From NCBI GenBank assembly GCA_963811165.1, contig CAWEQH010000004.1:96001-160000 (forward strand): a stretch of DNA of 64,000 nt, read 5' to 3'. Numbering within the stretch: the stretch's first letter is position 1; each line of letters begins with the position of its first letter. Source of the DNA: an uncultured Nitrospiraceae bacterium. Its GTDB lineage: Bacteria > Nitrospirota > Thermodesulfovibrionia > Thermodesulfovibrionales > UBA6898. The notes below the pieces were generated by a model that was given only the letters and a program-made list of their open reading frames with translations, did no database searches and had not been told where the DNA came from. This document shows, piece by piece, positions 20,032 through 30,452 of the stretch. The translations under genes were made by a program, and so were the position numbers.

Positions 20032-21407
20032 TTATGACCTCAATTTCCCTGAAAATGCTTGTTTCAAAATCGACTGCCGCAGGCGTTCAGCGCGGTTGAG
20101 ATTGGTTTCAACTGTTGCTTCAATTTCTGCGGCGACAGAACGGCATCTGTCTACTTCTTCAGTGATCTTATCTTGTTCGGCATAAGGCGGCAACGGCACG
20201 ATGAGGGCTTGAAGCTTTGTACCATTAACATTTGCTTGCCCCACCTGTTGCGAGACAACAGTCTTAATCCAGTTTCTGCCATGAATTGAATTCATGAAAA
20301 AGCTTACGAATTGTGGAATGGTACCATTAGTGAATTGCACTCTTATCAGATAAGAGGCAAAGGAGCATGTAGCAGGTTTGCCTGTATAGACTGTCGTTTT
20401 TCCAACGAGTTCTGGACTGTTAGTCCGATTAAACAAAAGGTCGCCCTTTCTTAGCAAGAGTTCGGGAAACTCAGAATGTTCTCGCGGTAAATATTTGAGA
20501 TCATCTAATTTCAGCTGGCCCTCAGAGATATTGCCCATTCTTATGACGGGTACACCATCTCGGTTCTCGTTTGTCTTGGCCGATGAACCATATTGAACCT
20601 TTTCAGAAAGCTGCGCAATTGTCGCCCACACCCACCCCTCCGGCAATTCTGGCAAGTTTGACGTGTCAGGCGCAACAGGCTCTTTGTATTTCTTGCCCTG
20701 GATTCTTTTCTTCCCATTTCTTCTTCCGTTCGGCGAGGATGCGCTTTAATAATTCACTCCCTGTTTCGACATTCGGATGGGCCTTCCGCCATTCTTCGGT
20801 CAACTTCCCTTCGACCGCGGCTTTGAGAACAGCGGCTTTGTAGCGTTTGAGATTAGCCTTGATGCGCTTGAGCCCGGCAACCGCCTCGTCCAGCCGGGAG
20901 AATTGTTTTTCGATTTCGGAGACGATCGTACGCTGCTCATCCAGTGGCAGGCTTGGGAAGGTCCGAATTCTCGAACTTGCCCTTCGTAATATGAGCGAGG
21001 CCCGCCCCACCGTGTGCTTGTGATATGTATTCATCCAGGTTTTGATTAATGGCAAGCTGAAGAAATCTCTTATCGAAATCACTGTCGTCAAAAATAACTT
21101 TGAAAATGTGCTGGTTAAGCCAAGCCTTTTTCCCTCGCCAAATGTGAGCACCGAAGGAGGTGCCAGGAGTGCCTGACCACGCAAAAAGAAGATCCCCTGT
21201 ATTGAGCAGGAATTTCTCCGGCAAGTCACCATCGTAATAATTGAACGGTGCGTTTGAATTATTCAGATTCTGAATCCTGACGATTGGGATACCGGATTCT
21301 TTCCATTCAGACGGTTTAAACGCCCTGCCATTTATCAAAGTGAGCGCATCACCAAGCCGCACCTTTTTCCATTCGGCAGAAGGCTGTATCGGAGCAGTCA
21401 CCTTCAT
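20032..21407 (-). CDS. hsdS: type I RM specificity subunit (two +1 frameshifts near 20950 and 20697)
   Basis: Two TRDs, PLDEQRTIV, LKAAVEGKL, LPEGWVW, PLPPYAEQ, ILKQAFSGKL. Confidence 0.92.
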
Positions 21408-24262
21408 GCCGCCAGCACCCCATTCAACTCTTCAATAATCTTATTCAACTCATCCCCAAAAACCTGATGCACTTTCCCCAATCCTCCCTGCTGTGCAAAC
21501 GGCGCATAATCGAAATCATTTGCCTCTATGCTCAGGTTGGCTGCGATATGGTCGCGGATCATTTCGAGCCAGCGGCGTTGCTCGGGCGTAAAAGGCTCTG
21601 GATTCCCGCCTTCGCGGGAATGACGGATTGTTTCGGCCATCCACTTTTCGAAATTAGAATTAACCCGCTCGGGAAACGGCACCAGTTCATTGTCCTGATG
21701 AATGGCAAAGCGGACAAGCGATACCAAATCCGTGAGAATATGCGGGGCGCTTGCGCCTTTGACTTTCGACTTCTCCAAAGCGGCATAAGCCTCCCAGAGC
21801 CGGTCTATCTTCCATAAATAGGGCGGCTTTTCGATGAGCTGGGCAAGGGCCTTAATCTCTTCAAAACGAAGCCTTGCCTTGTAGGGCCTGCTATAAAGTA
21901 TCTGCAGGGCGGTGATCTCGTCCTTATGGTCCTTTATGAACTGTTCAAAGGAAGTGACCGTCTTCTTCGCGTTCTCCAAAGCCTCGGCGCTGAAAGCCTG
22001 AGACAAGGACTTCATCCTTGCTGACAACATCAATCGTCTGCTCGGTGGTTTTATAAAGCTCGACCAATCTCTTTCGAAGCTCCGGCGTGTGAAGGGGCTT
22101 TACGGATGTTTGTATGATCTTTGTAGCAGCCTTTTTGATCTGCTCAACGGAAGGCTCGGTAACGCCAGGATTATCCTTCTTCGCCTGCTCAATATGCCTG
22201 TCGGGATCGATCGCCTGAACAAGATCGCCTGTGAGTTCCTTGAGGCTCTTGCCTCCTGCCAGCTTCTGCACCTCTGTCTTTTCCTCAGGCCCGATCTTCT
22301 TCTCCAGCCGCGCCAAGTCGCGCAGCAATCGAAGAGATGACCTCCGGCTCCGTATTCCCTAGCGCAACGGCCTGGAGGAGCTGCTCCAAAGAAACCGAGC
22401 GCTTCTTTTCCATCGGCCGCGAGTCTGTCTTGTCCTGTTCGCAAACGCCCACGGCATCGACAATAACAAAATGATCTTTCTCCTTCGCATCCGGCGTGAC
22501 TGACTGAAGATCATTCGGATTGATCACCCGCACACCGCGGCCTTTCATCTGCTCGAAGAAGGAGCGGGACTTTATCGTCCGCATAAAAAAGACGATTTCA
22601 AGCGGCTTGATGTCCGTGCCTGTGGCGATCATATCAACGGTGACGGCGATCCTCGGGATAATAGCTGTTTCGGAATTCGGCTATCAGGTACTCCGGCGAT
22701 ATGCCGGTTGTCTTATAGGTGATCTTCTGGCAGAAGTCATTGCCCTTAGCGAACTCTTCCCTTACGATCTTGACGATGTCCTCTGCATGGGAATCATCTT
22801 TTGCGAAGATGAGCGTCTTGGGGACATCCTTTCGGCCCGGAAATATTTCGGTAAAGAGCTTGTCTCGGAATGTCTTAACTACGGTTCGGATCTGGTCCAG
22901 TGCAACTACATCGGCATCGAGCTGGTTAGGCGCATAGGCAAGCTCTTCGTCCAGCTGCTCCCAGCGCACAGCGCGAGTCTCGCGGTCGCGCTTATCCACA
23001 TAATAGCCGGCATCGACCTTCGAGCCTTCCTGGGTGATTTTGGTCCGTATCTGGTAGACGTCATAGTTCACATTCACGCCGTCGGCAACGGCCTGTTCAT
23101 GAGGGTATTCCATCACGAGATTTTGGTTAAAAAAGCCGAAGGTCTGCTTGTTCGGCGTTGCGGTAAGGCCGATAAGAAAGGCATCGAAATAGTCGAGCAC
23201 CTGCCGCCAGAGGCCGTAGATCGAGCGGTGGCATTCGTCGGTGATGATCACGTCAAAGGTCTCTATGGGAATAGCCGGATTATATTCAATGGGCATCGGT
23301 TCCTTGAAGAGGTCTGAATGATCGAAGAGGGACTCTTCTTCAAGCTCCTCGCTGATCTCTTCTCCCCTTAAGATCGAATAGAGCCGCTGTATCGTCGAGA
23401 TGCAGACGCGGGCGGTCTGGTCTATCTTGTTCGATTTCAGCTGCTGGACTATGTATTCTTCTGTAAACTTGTATGGACTGTAGGGCGAAACATACTGCTG
23501 GAATTCCTTGAGAGTCTGTCTGCCGAGGTTTGCCCGGTCCACAAGGAAGAGCGCCTTTCCCACACCTCCATACTTGATCATGCGGTAAATCGCGGTTACT
23601 GCGGTGAAGGTCTTGCCGCTTCCCGTTGCCATCTGGATAAGGGCGCGAGGCCGGTTTTCTGACAAGGACTTTTCGAGGTTCCTTATCGCCTCGATCTGCG
23701 CAGGCCAGAGGCCTTCTTCCTTTAATGTGGGCATATGCCGCAACCTGGAACGTAAGGTCATGGCTTCGTTAAAGACTGTCTGAGATTCGGCTGCCTGATC
23801 TAGTAAGGGCAATTCATGAATTGCCCCTACATCTGCGTCGTCGTTCAGCCACTCTTCGAGTGTCTCGGGCTTATGAAAAGAAAAGACATTGCGGGAGCAA
23901 GGCTCGGGATCGAGACCGTTCGTGAAACGGGTTTCGACGCCGGTCGATTGATAACAAAAGGGGAGGGGCCGATACCAGGCCGGAAATATGTCCGGGAAGC
24001 CATGCTTGTATTTGTCCGATTGAATCTCGACGCCGGTCAATGTTGTGCCGACCTTCTTTGCTTCGATTACCCCCGCGGCTTTTCCGTCGATATAGAAGAG
24101 GTAATCGGCGAACCCATGGCCTTTATTCAACGGATAATTCCGGATGATAACCCCGCGGGCCGCATGTATATTGGCATCTTTGAAATCGCAGACATGCCAA
24201 CCAGCCTGCGTTAACATATTGTCTATCTGCTCGCGCGCTTTGTCTTCAGGCGTCGGACTCAT
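21404..24262 (-). CDS. hsdR: type I RM restriction subunit (three +1 frameshifts near 22656, 22315 and 21994)
   Basis: IEAK nuclease motif, MATGSGKT, DECH, LTATP, QMKGRG, EcoEI-like C-terminus. Confidence 0.92.
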
Positions 24263-24358
24263 ATCCTTTTAAAAGGCTTACGGACAACTGGACTATCCCC
24301 ATAAAATAATATTTAAAAATAAGCATCTTATCGAACTGCCGCTATTGTATCATAACAG

Positions 24359-24470
24359 CCGTGAATCGTGAATAGTTAGCGGCATAGAGAACATGAAAAC
24401 CGCCGTGAAGCGTGAATGGGTCAACTACGGTGAATAGTGAAAAATAAATAGAGAATAGTAAAAAGGGGCA
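24359..24470. repeat. degenerate heptamer repeats (NNGTGAA)
   Basis: ccgtgaa tcgtgaa tagttag ... ccgtgaa gcgtgaa ... cggtgaa tagtgaa. Confidence 0.65.
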
Positions 24471-24473
24471 ATG

Positions 24474-24674
24474 TTAAAAATGAAGAGGTGAAATGTCCTC
24501 ATCACTGCGGACAAAAGAAAGACATGCCTCGCAGTGATACACTCGTGCGGTAACTATTTCCTCACTCCCATCCGGACCATTAATAAACCTCACGGTGATG
24601 GATACGTTCAGGTTGGTGACGGCCCTGCAGTGAGGGCAATACGCTGTTTGCTTCTCGGTTATACACTGCTTCAT
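24474..24674 (-). CDS. small zinc-ribbon protein
   Basis: CPHC...CEAC; AGAAGGAG RBS. Confidence 0.6.
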   Translation of the reverse strand: MKQCITEKQTAYCPHCRAVTNLNVSITVRFINGPDGSEEIVTARVYHCEACLSFVRSDEDISPLHF

Positions 24675-24698
24675 CTCCTTCTCCCCCCCCGGCTCCGC

Positions 24699-25091
24699 TT
24701 ACTTCCACATCTTCTCGTCTATCTTCTCAAAGTCCTTAACATTCTTCTGGAACTCAGCGAGGTCTTTTTTGTTCCATGTGCCTGCCAGATGGTCGAGGCG
24801 ATGGACGCGCTTCTCTATCTCGGGCCCGACCGTGCGCCGGGCAACACGAAGCTCGTAATCCGCCTGCAGGCCCATCCAGACCTCCGGCGACGTGCCGAAG
24901 TACCTGCCGAGCCGCATAGCCGTGTCGGCGGTTATAGCCCGCTTGCCGTTGACGATGGCGCTGATGCGGCCTGGGGGTACGGCGATGTCGCGCGAGAGCC
25001 TGTTGATACTGATCCCCATCGGCTTCATAAATTCCTCAAGGAGGATCTCCCCTGGGTGAATAAGTTCAAGAAGCTTTTGTTTTGAAGTCAT
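24699..25091 (-). CDS. higA: HigA-family antitoxin with foreign C-terminal tail
   Basis: IHPGEILLEEF, ITADTAMRLGRYFGTSPEVWMGLQ. Confidence 0.9.
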   Translation of the reverse strand: MTSKQKLLELIHPGEILLEEFMKPMGISINRLSRDIAVPPGRISAIVNGKRAITADTAMRLGRYFGTSPEVWMGLQADYELRVARRTVGPEIEKRVHRLDHLAGTWNKKDLAEFQKNVKDFEKIDEKMWK

Positions 25092-25100
25092 AGCACACCT

Positions 25101-25220
25101 CTAATGATAGTCGGTTATTTCAACGTCATAGGCGTCTCCGTCTTTCCAGCCAAAGCAGATTCGCCACTGATCGTTAATCCTTATACTATATTGATCCTTG
25201 CGATCGCCCTTCAGGGCCTC
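25101..25220 (-). pseudogene. higB: HigB toxin, 5'-truncated
   Basis: EALKGDRKDQYSIRINDQWRICFGWKDGDAYDVEITDYH* with no N-terminal half. Confidence 0.88.
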
Positions 25221-25224
25221 GTTT

Positions 25225-25647
25225 TTACTCTTTGGCTTTTGCGATAAACCAGGTGAATGTGCCTTCGAAGGTGATGTTGTCCTCTTCGTCCACGATCTTC
25301 ACCACGACGTCCACAAGGGTCCGTCCCTTCTCAGAGAGTTCTTTCTTTGCCTTCACGGCCTTCTCTTCGTCAATAAAGCCTGCTGAAAAGAGTCTTCCCT
25401 TTGCCGGGTTTTTATATTTGACTTCAACCCTCCTTACCACGGGGAAATACGCTCCGTTCCAGTCGCCGAAGTTTCTTTCAAGGATCTCCCCGCTTGAGGC
25501 CTCGGCCAGCGCATATTGAGCAGACGCATGGATGGTGCCTAAATGATTCTGATAACTTACACGGTCTTCAAGCATAAGAATCGTGCCGGGCAGATCCGAC
25601 TTCTCTATCAATAGGATCTTATTAAAAGGCAGGTCCAAAACATTCAT
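25225..25647 (-). CDS. hotdog-fold thioesterase-like protein
   Basis: NHLGTIHASAQYALAE, VKYKNPAKG. Confidence 0.8.
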   Translation of the reverse strand: MNVLDLPFNKILLIEKSDLPGTILMLEDRVSYQNHLGTIHASAQYALAEASSGEILERNFGDWNGAYFPVVRRVEVKYKNPAKGRLFSAGFIDEEKAVKAKKELSEKGRTLVDVVVKIVDEEDNITFEGTFTWFIAKAKE

Positions 25648-25766
25648 CCGGTAATAATAGCAAGTCAGGAGTAGCCTTTACAAGGACTGTAAACGCAATT
25701 AGTGGTCAGGACCTCTCAGACTCCAAAGAGCGGCGTAATGTATCCTATCCCTAAACCGGCTTTACT

Positions 25767-25994
25767 CTAAATGCATGAACTGACAATGGGCAGATCGGCT
25801 GCAGCAATAACTTCCGCCTTGCAATCCAGTCGCCACAGGCAATTCATCTGGTTGCAATCATTCACATGCATCGTTGCAAAACAATCGGAATTACCTTCCG
25901 CCCTTTGAATAGCCCTGATCAACTCCGTCCTGCTCATGGTGCCGGGTGTGACACCCTTTTCTTTCGCTATCTCTTTAATCTTCTTCATTTGCAT
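25767..25994 (-). CDS. small SAP/Rho-N-like Cys-containing protein
   Basis: ELIRAIQRAEGNSDCFAT...CNQMNCLWRLDC; GGAGG RBS. Confidence 0.8.
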   Translation of the reverse strand: MQMKKIKEIAKEKGVTPGTMSRTELIRAIQRAEGNSDCFATMHVNDCNQMNCLWRLDCKAEVIAAADLPIVSSCI

Positions 25995-26090
25995 GCGGAA
26001 ACCTCCTGCAAAGATTTCGGGAAAGGGACCGGCAAAGGCCGGCCCTTTCAACAGACAAATTCTATCACGGAAAAAGGCAAGGAGCTACTC

Positions 26091-26600
26091 GTGCGGAGTT
26101 TCACCCCACACTCGGAAAAAGGGGCTCTGCCCCTTGTACCCCGGGCGCTTTTCATTAATGCGAATGAAAAGTGCCCAAAAGTACGCACCCCAGCTAAAAT
26201 TCTTAACGGTTTCCTCGTGTCGTCCTCACTAAATTTTAGAAACTCGCTCCGGAAACCGGAGCTCAAACAGTCTAAAATTCTTTACGCTCGGACTCGGTCG
26301 GAAACCTAAATTTTAGAAGGGGCCCCGAATACGTGAAAAGTTAAACGTGAATCGTGAATAACTCGGCGACAAAGCACTCAGCTATCAGCGCTCTGCTGTG
26401 TAATCCCCCCTTCGAAAATTTAGGCGAGCACGGACGCCCGCAGGGTGAAAGATTTTAGGCTGTCTGAGCCGAAGGCGAGTTCCTAAAATCTACCGAGGAC
26501 GGCCAGCACAGCCGTATAAAATTTTCGCCGGGGTGCGATTCTTTCCGTTAGCTTTCTTGGGCATGAAGAAAGGTAACTGGGGTTCGGGGCTACGCCCCGT
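26091..26600. repeat. full-length two-armed structured element: arm A (+, 26091-26333) facing arm B (-, 26400-26600)
   Basis: The two arms have the same hairpin order and core AACTCGC...GCTCARACAG but different stem sequences. Confidence 0.85.
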
Positions 26601-26629
26601 TTTTACATTTTCTAAACGAGAATCTATTG

Positions 26630-26688
26630 GTGCGGAGTTTCGCTCCGGGTGGCCTGCTAAGCTGAATTTTCAAAGGGCCCCGAATACG
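26630..26688 (+). repeat. miniature arm A (both termini only)
   Basis: GTGCGGAGTTTC...AATTTTCAAAGGGCCCCGAATACG. Confidence 0.7.
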
Positions 26689-26752
26689 GGAATGGGTTAT
26701 CTGCCGTCAATCGTGAACGGTTTTGGTATAATTCGGTAATAAGGGAGGGCGT

Positions 26753-27127
26753 ATGGTTTTCGACCATGTTGGAATAATGAACGAAGACGAGGCCGGGGCG
26801 GTTAAATTCTACCGGGGCCTTCTCGGCCTCGAAAAGATAAAGGAATCCTCGGTCTCACCCGAACTCGCACGCCAGCTCTTCGGCTTCGACCGGGAGATAA
26901 GGATGCTCGTCTTTGCTGATGAAGGACTTAAGATCGAGATATTCATCGTCCCCGGCTTTACCCTGCCTTTGCCTCCGGTGCCTCATTTTTGTATCCAAAT
27001 GCCGGAGCTTCCCGGGTTTTTAGAAAAGGCCAAAGAAGCGGGGGTGAGGGTGATAACCGCAGAGCGCGGCGGCAGGACCGTCTATTTTGTAGAGGATTTT
27101 TCAGGCAACCGCATCGAAGTCAAGTAG
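26753..27127 (+). CDS. VOC/glyoxalase family protein
   Basis: DHVGI, FYRGLLGL, HFCI, EDFSGNRIE. Confidence 0.88.
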   Translation: MVFDHVGIMNEDEAGAVKFYRGLLGLEKIKESSVSPELARQLFGFDREIRMLVFADEGLKIEIFIVPGFTLPLPPVPHFCIQMPELPGFLEKAKEAGVRVITAERGGRTVYFVEDFSGNRIEVK

Positions 27128-27249
27128 CAGTGGCCTCACGGGAAAGAGAAAGAAGGGTTGGCGGCCGCCAGAGAGGAGAGGGCGCCTTTTTAGAATGCAG
27201 GGAAGCCTTGTTCCATTACTATTATGGGCAGGTCTTGCCGTATAAAACT

Positions 27250-28143
27250 TTACGGGCAGGTCTTTCCGATTAAGAGAGAACATTTCGAATACATCAGGAT
27301 GTTTCTCGATACACTTCCAAGCATCCCTTTCATCCCTTTTAACCCTCTACATCCCACTACGATGATATCTGTTTTCAATTCTTCCGCCATCGAGAGGATC
27401 TCCGCCGAAGGATCTCCCAGCCGCGTAATTCCCTGTACATGGAGGAATCTTCTGTTCAAAGTAAGCAGGGCCGGTTTCAGGACCTTCTCCGATGCTTCAA
27501 ATTCAGAAGTTCTTGTCCTGGCCATCTCTTCCCTGAGCTTTTCATCTATTTCAAGGGAGAGCCTTTGGGGTATATCAGATGCCGCCGACCATATGACATT
27601 GACGACCGTCATTTCCGAACCCTCCTGAAACGGCAGGGCGGCCAACAATTTTCCGGCGGCGCCGGCATGTTCGGACCCATCGGTTGCAAAAAGGAGTTTC
27701 AACTTCGCCGAGGCCTTAAACTGGGTCGGTTTTATCACGAGTACCGGCTTTGAAGAATCGATGGCAACTGACCGTGTCACGCTTCCGATGATGAGTTGTC
27801 TGATCCCTTTTAAGCCCCGTGCACCCATGACGATCAGGTCGCAGCCGGAAGTGTTTGACGCTTCGATGATGGATCTGTCAGGGTATCCCTCCATCAATGC
27901 CGTGCTGATTTTGGCCGGCAGGGGTTTAAGGATATTTACCGCCGACTCAAGGACCTTCGGGGCGATATCCTGTTTTATGCGGAATAGTCGGGGATAGGAA
28001 GGTTCTATATCCCCGGCGAAAGGGACCAGGCTTACGACATGTAAGACGGAGACTTCATCGGCTGGGGTGAATGCAAGATTTGTCAGAAACCGCGCTGCGC
28101 CTTCGGAGTAGTCCGAACCATCGGTAGGAAGTAACATTTTCAT
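27250..28143 (-). CDS. tandem universal stress protein
   Basis: Two USP domains (PTDGS, ATDGS, IVMGARG...GSV). Confidence 0.92.
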   Translation of the reverse strand: MKMLLPTDGSDYSEGAARFLTNLAFTPADEVSVLHVVSLVPFAGDIEPSYPRLFRIKQDIAPKVLESAVNILKPLPAKISTALMEGYPDRSIIEASNTSGCDLIVMGARGLKGIRQLIIGSVTRSVAIDSSKPVLVIKPTQFKASAKLKLLFATDGSEHAGAAGKLLAALPFQEGSEMTVVNVIWSAASDIPQRLSLEIDEKLREEMARTRTSEFEASEKVLKPALLTLNRRFLHVQGITRLGDPSAEILSMAEELKTDIIVVGCRGLKGMKGMLGSVSRNILMYSKCSLLIGKTCP

Positions 28144-28253
28144 TGCTGTATTCTCCTTCCATCTCTTGATCATATTGTATCGCCCAATAGGGTCTGGGGG
28201 AAGGAGAGGGGTCCTCCGCTCTATTTAGAGACAGGATAAAGGGAGGCGGGTAT

Positions 28254-28283
28254 CACCCGGCGCCCGAATGCGGGCGCCGGGTG
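28254..28283. terminator. perfect 13-bp GC hairpin downstream of the lipoprotein gene
   Basis: CACCCGGCGCCCG-AATG-CGGGCGCCGGGTG; no clear T-tail. Confidence 0.45.
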
Positions 28284-28309
28284 GGAATGAACGCTAATAA
28301 CGGTTGGGC

Positions 28310-28870
28310 TCAGTATCTGGGCTCAACAAAGTCTTCCGGCGGACCGGATGGGTCCGGAGGAACATCGGGAGGTGTTTTGCTTAGGTCCGGCGGAGGCGGC
28401 GCGACCCTCCGAACACTCCGAACACGACGGGTCATCCCCGGGACATTGTTTCCTTTGGCATACATACACTGCATATATGCGATATCATACCGGCGCTGGG
28501 CTTGCAATCCATAGACTCGCCCGTTTTCGGCCCCTGCGGACGCACCTATAAGAAGTCCGCTTGCCGCGCCGATGGCTGCGCCGGCGCCCGCACTACCTGA
28601 GACCGACCCTATAGCCGCGCCAAGGCCTGCCCCAACGGCTGTCCCGATGACAGCCCCTTGGGCAGTATTTTGATTGGCTGCCTCTTGAGGGCCTAACCCG
28701 ATCTGCTGTGAGGCCCATTGCCTGCACACGGCGTCTTCGGTCTGGAATTGCTCAAAGGACTTGCCGGGGGGCGGCAACACCATTACGCTGGGGCCTGAGG
28801 GCATCGTTGCGCATCCGCTTATCACAAGAAGCAGCAATAGCGAAAAAATGCTTAGTTTGTTTTTCATCAT
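28310..28870 (-). CDS. glycine-zipper lipoprotein
   Basis: Lipobox ISGC, GxxxG repeats, YDIAYMQCMYAKG. Confidence 0.85.
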   Translation of the reverse strand: MMKNKLSIFSLLLLLVISGCATMPSGPSVMVLPPPGKSFEQFQTEDAVCRQWASQQIGLGPQEAANQNTAQGAVIGTAVGAGLGAAIGSVSGSAGAGAAIGAASGLLIGASAGAENGRVYGLQAQRRYDIAYMQCMYAKGNNVPGMTRRVRSVRRVAPPPPDLSKTPPDVPPDPSGPPEDFVEPRY

Positions 28871-28872
28871 GG

Positions 28873-29346
28873 TTACTCCTTGTAGTCCTGCGGGGCCGGA
28901 GGAGGAACGACCTTTAGCCAGCCCGTGGGACATTTTTTTACATAAGGATAGTAATTCTTGGCCGCTGGGCAAAAATACCAGTAGTACTGATCTTCGGCTT
29001 GCTGCCTTTGCTGAGCAGGCTCCTCATATGCCTGGGGCTGCTGCTCCATGACAGGCGGTTCCCCATAATAGTCCGAATAACCATAATAGTTCGGATAATA
29101 TGGATAATACGAATAGTACGGGTAATACGAAGGGCCCCACCACCAGGGATCCCAACCCCAGCCAGGGCCGAACCAGAAGCTTCCCCTAAAACCGTGGCCG
29201 CCGCCATGGCCGCCACCGTGACCGCCATGGCCACCGCCATGGCCACCACCACCGTGGCCGACTGCCAGAACCGGCAATGCACCGCTAAATATCAACGCAA
29301 TGACAATGACAATAACAAGATAAACAGTTTTTTTCATCTCATTCAC
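28873..29346 (-). CDS. exported Gly/His/Tyr/Pro-rich protein
   Basis: Signal peptide, GGGH repeats, YWYFC...YYPYVKKCPTGW. Confidence 0.8.
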   Translation of the reverse strand: MNEMKKTVYLVIVIVIALIFSGALPVLAVGHGGGGHGGGHGGHGGGHGGGHGFRGSFWFGPGWGWDPWWWGPSYYPYYSYYPYYPNYYGYSDYYGEPPVMEQQPQAYEEPAQQRQQAEDQYYWYFCPAAKNYYPYVKKCPTGWLKVVPPPAPQDYKE

Positions 29347-29644
29347 CCTTTAATTTAGTTTCGCATAAAACCGCCGTTTCCGCAACTTTGCTTCCAACGG
29401 CAGATTCTCCTTAGTTTCCTCCATTTGATATAAAAAAAGTGAAGAAACTATGAAGAAGACCGCATGATTTGCCGCCGCAATCAATCTTGGTGCGGCCCTA
29501 AGCATCCTGTGATTGGATCATCGTCCATCGAAACCTCTCTTTATCCTTAAAAGACGATCTTAGAAGGCATTTGGTTACGGAAGCCGGCCGAAAGCGCTCT
29601 CCACGATGGAAGTGCAGGATAAGGGGATGAGAGAAACTTCTTTT

Positions 29645-30448
29645 TTAACTTATCGTTTCGGCGCTATAGCGCGCGATGAGGCCGGTACGAACCGCATGGC
29701 GGTACACACGGGCAAAGAACCAACAGGCCAAAAGGATATAGAGCAAAGAAAGACACCCGCCCTTGAAAAGGCCGGCTCCCGAAACCGTCCCGCCCGATAT
29801 AATCGTCCGCATTCCTTCAAACACATATGAGGGCGGCAACGCCCGCGACAGATATTGCATCCAAAGCGGTAGTGTCGAAAGGGGGTAAAAGACCCCTACG
29901 AAGGGCGAAATAAGGGCCGGAATAGGCCAGATGAACCACTCCGATGCAGGCCCAAGCCGCAGCACCACTGCACTGGCAAAGATTCCAAGCGCTATGCCGA
30001 ACAGAAACAGAACGACAAGAAACGGAACAAACGCGATGCCGTAACCGGCGAATGACAGGCCAAACAAGGTAGTTGCCAGAACAAGCATCACACTCAGGCC
30101 GATAAGGCTCGTCGCAATGCTCGAAAGCACAAGGCCGCCAATGTACTCCCAGATAGAAAGAGGCGTTGCAAAGATATTGAGGAAGTTGCGGGACCAGACG
30201 TCTTCGAAAAAAGCCGTCGTCACCCCGTGCATAACACGCGTAAAAAAATCCCAGAGTAAAACGGCCCCAAGAAAGATCGAAACGAAATTAAGGCCTGATG
30301 CGGTGACCACATTAAGATACCTGCTGATGAACCCCCATAGCACCATATCGACGGCAACCCATGCAAACATGGGGAATAGGCGCGAGAAACTCCCGCGTAT
30401 GAGATAGAAATGGCGGAGCACGATGGCAAAGACACGATTGAAACGCAC
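29645..30448 (-). CDS. ABC-2 type transporter permease
   Basis: About 6 TM helices, FYPLSTLP..Q.LS..LP. Confidence 0.9.
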   Translation of the reverse strand: MRFNRVFAIVLRHFYLIRGSFSRLFPMFAWVAVDMVLWGFISRYLNVVTASGLNFVSIFLGAVLLWDFFTRVMHGVTTAFFEDVWSRNFLNIFATPLSIWEYIGGLVLSSIATSLIGLSVMLVLATTLFGLSFAGYGIAFVPFLVVLFLFGIALGIFASAVVLRLGPASEWFIWPIPALISPFVGVFYPLSTLPLWMQYLSRALPPSYVFEGMRTIISGGTVSGAGLFKGGCLSLLYILLACWFFARVYRHAVRTGLIARYSAETIS

Positions 30449-30452
30449 GTTC

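Noticed and set aside
29200..29260. GGCCACCGCCAT-type tandem repeats
   Set aside because: They encode the GGGH low-complexity tract of the exported protein
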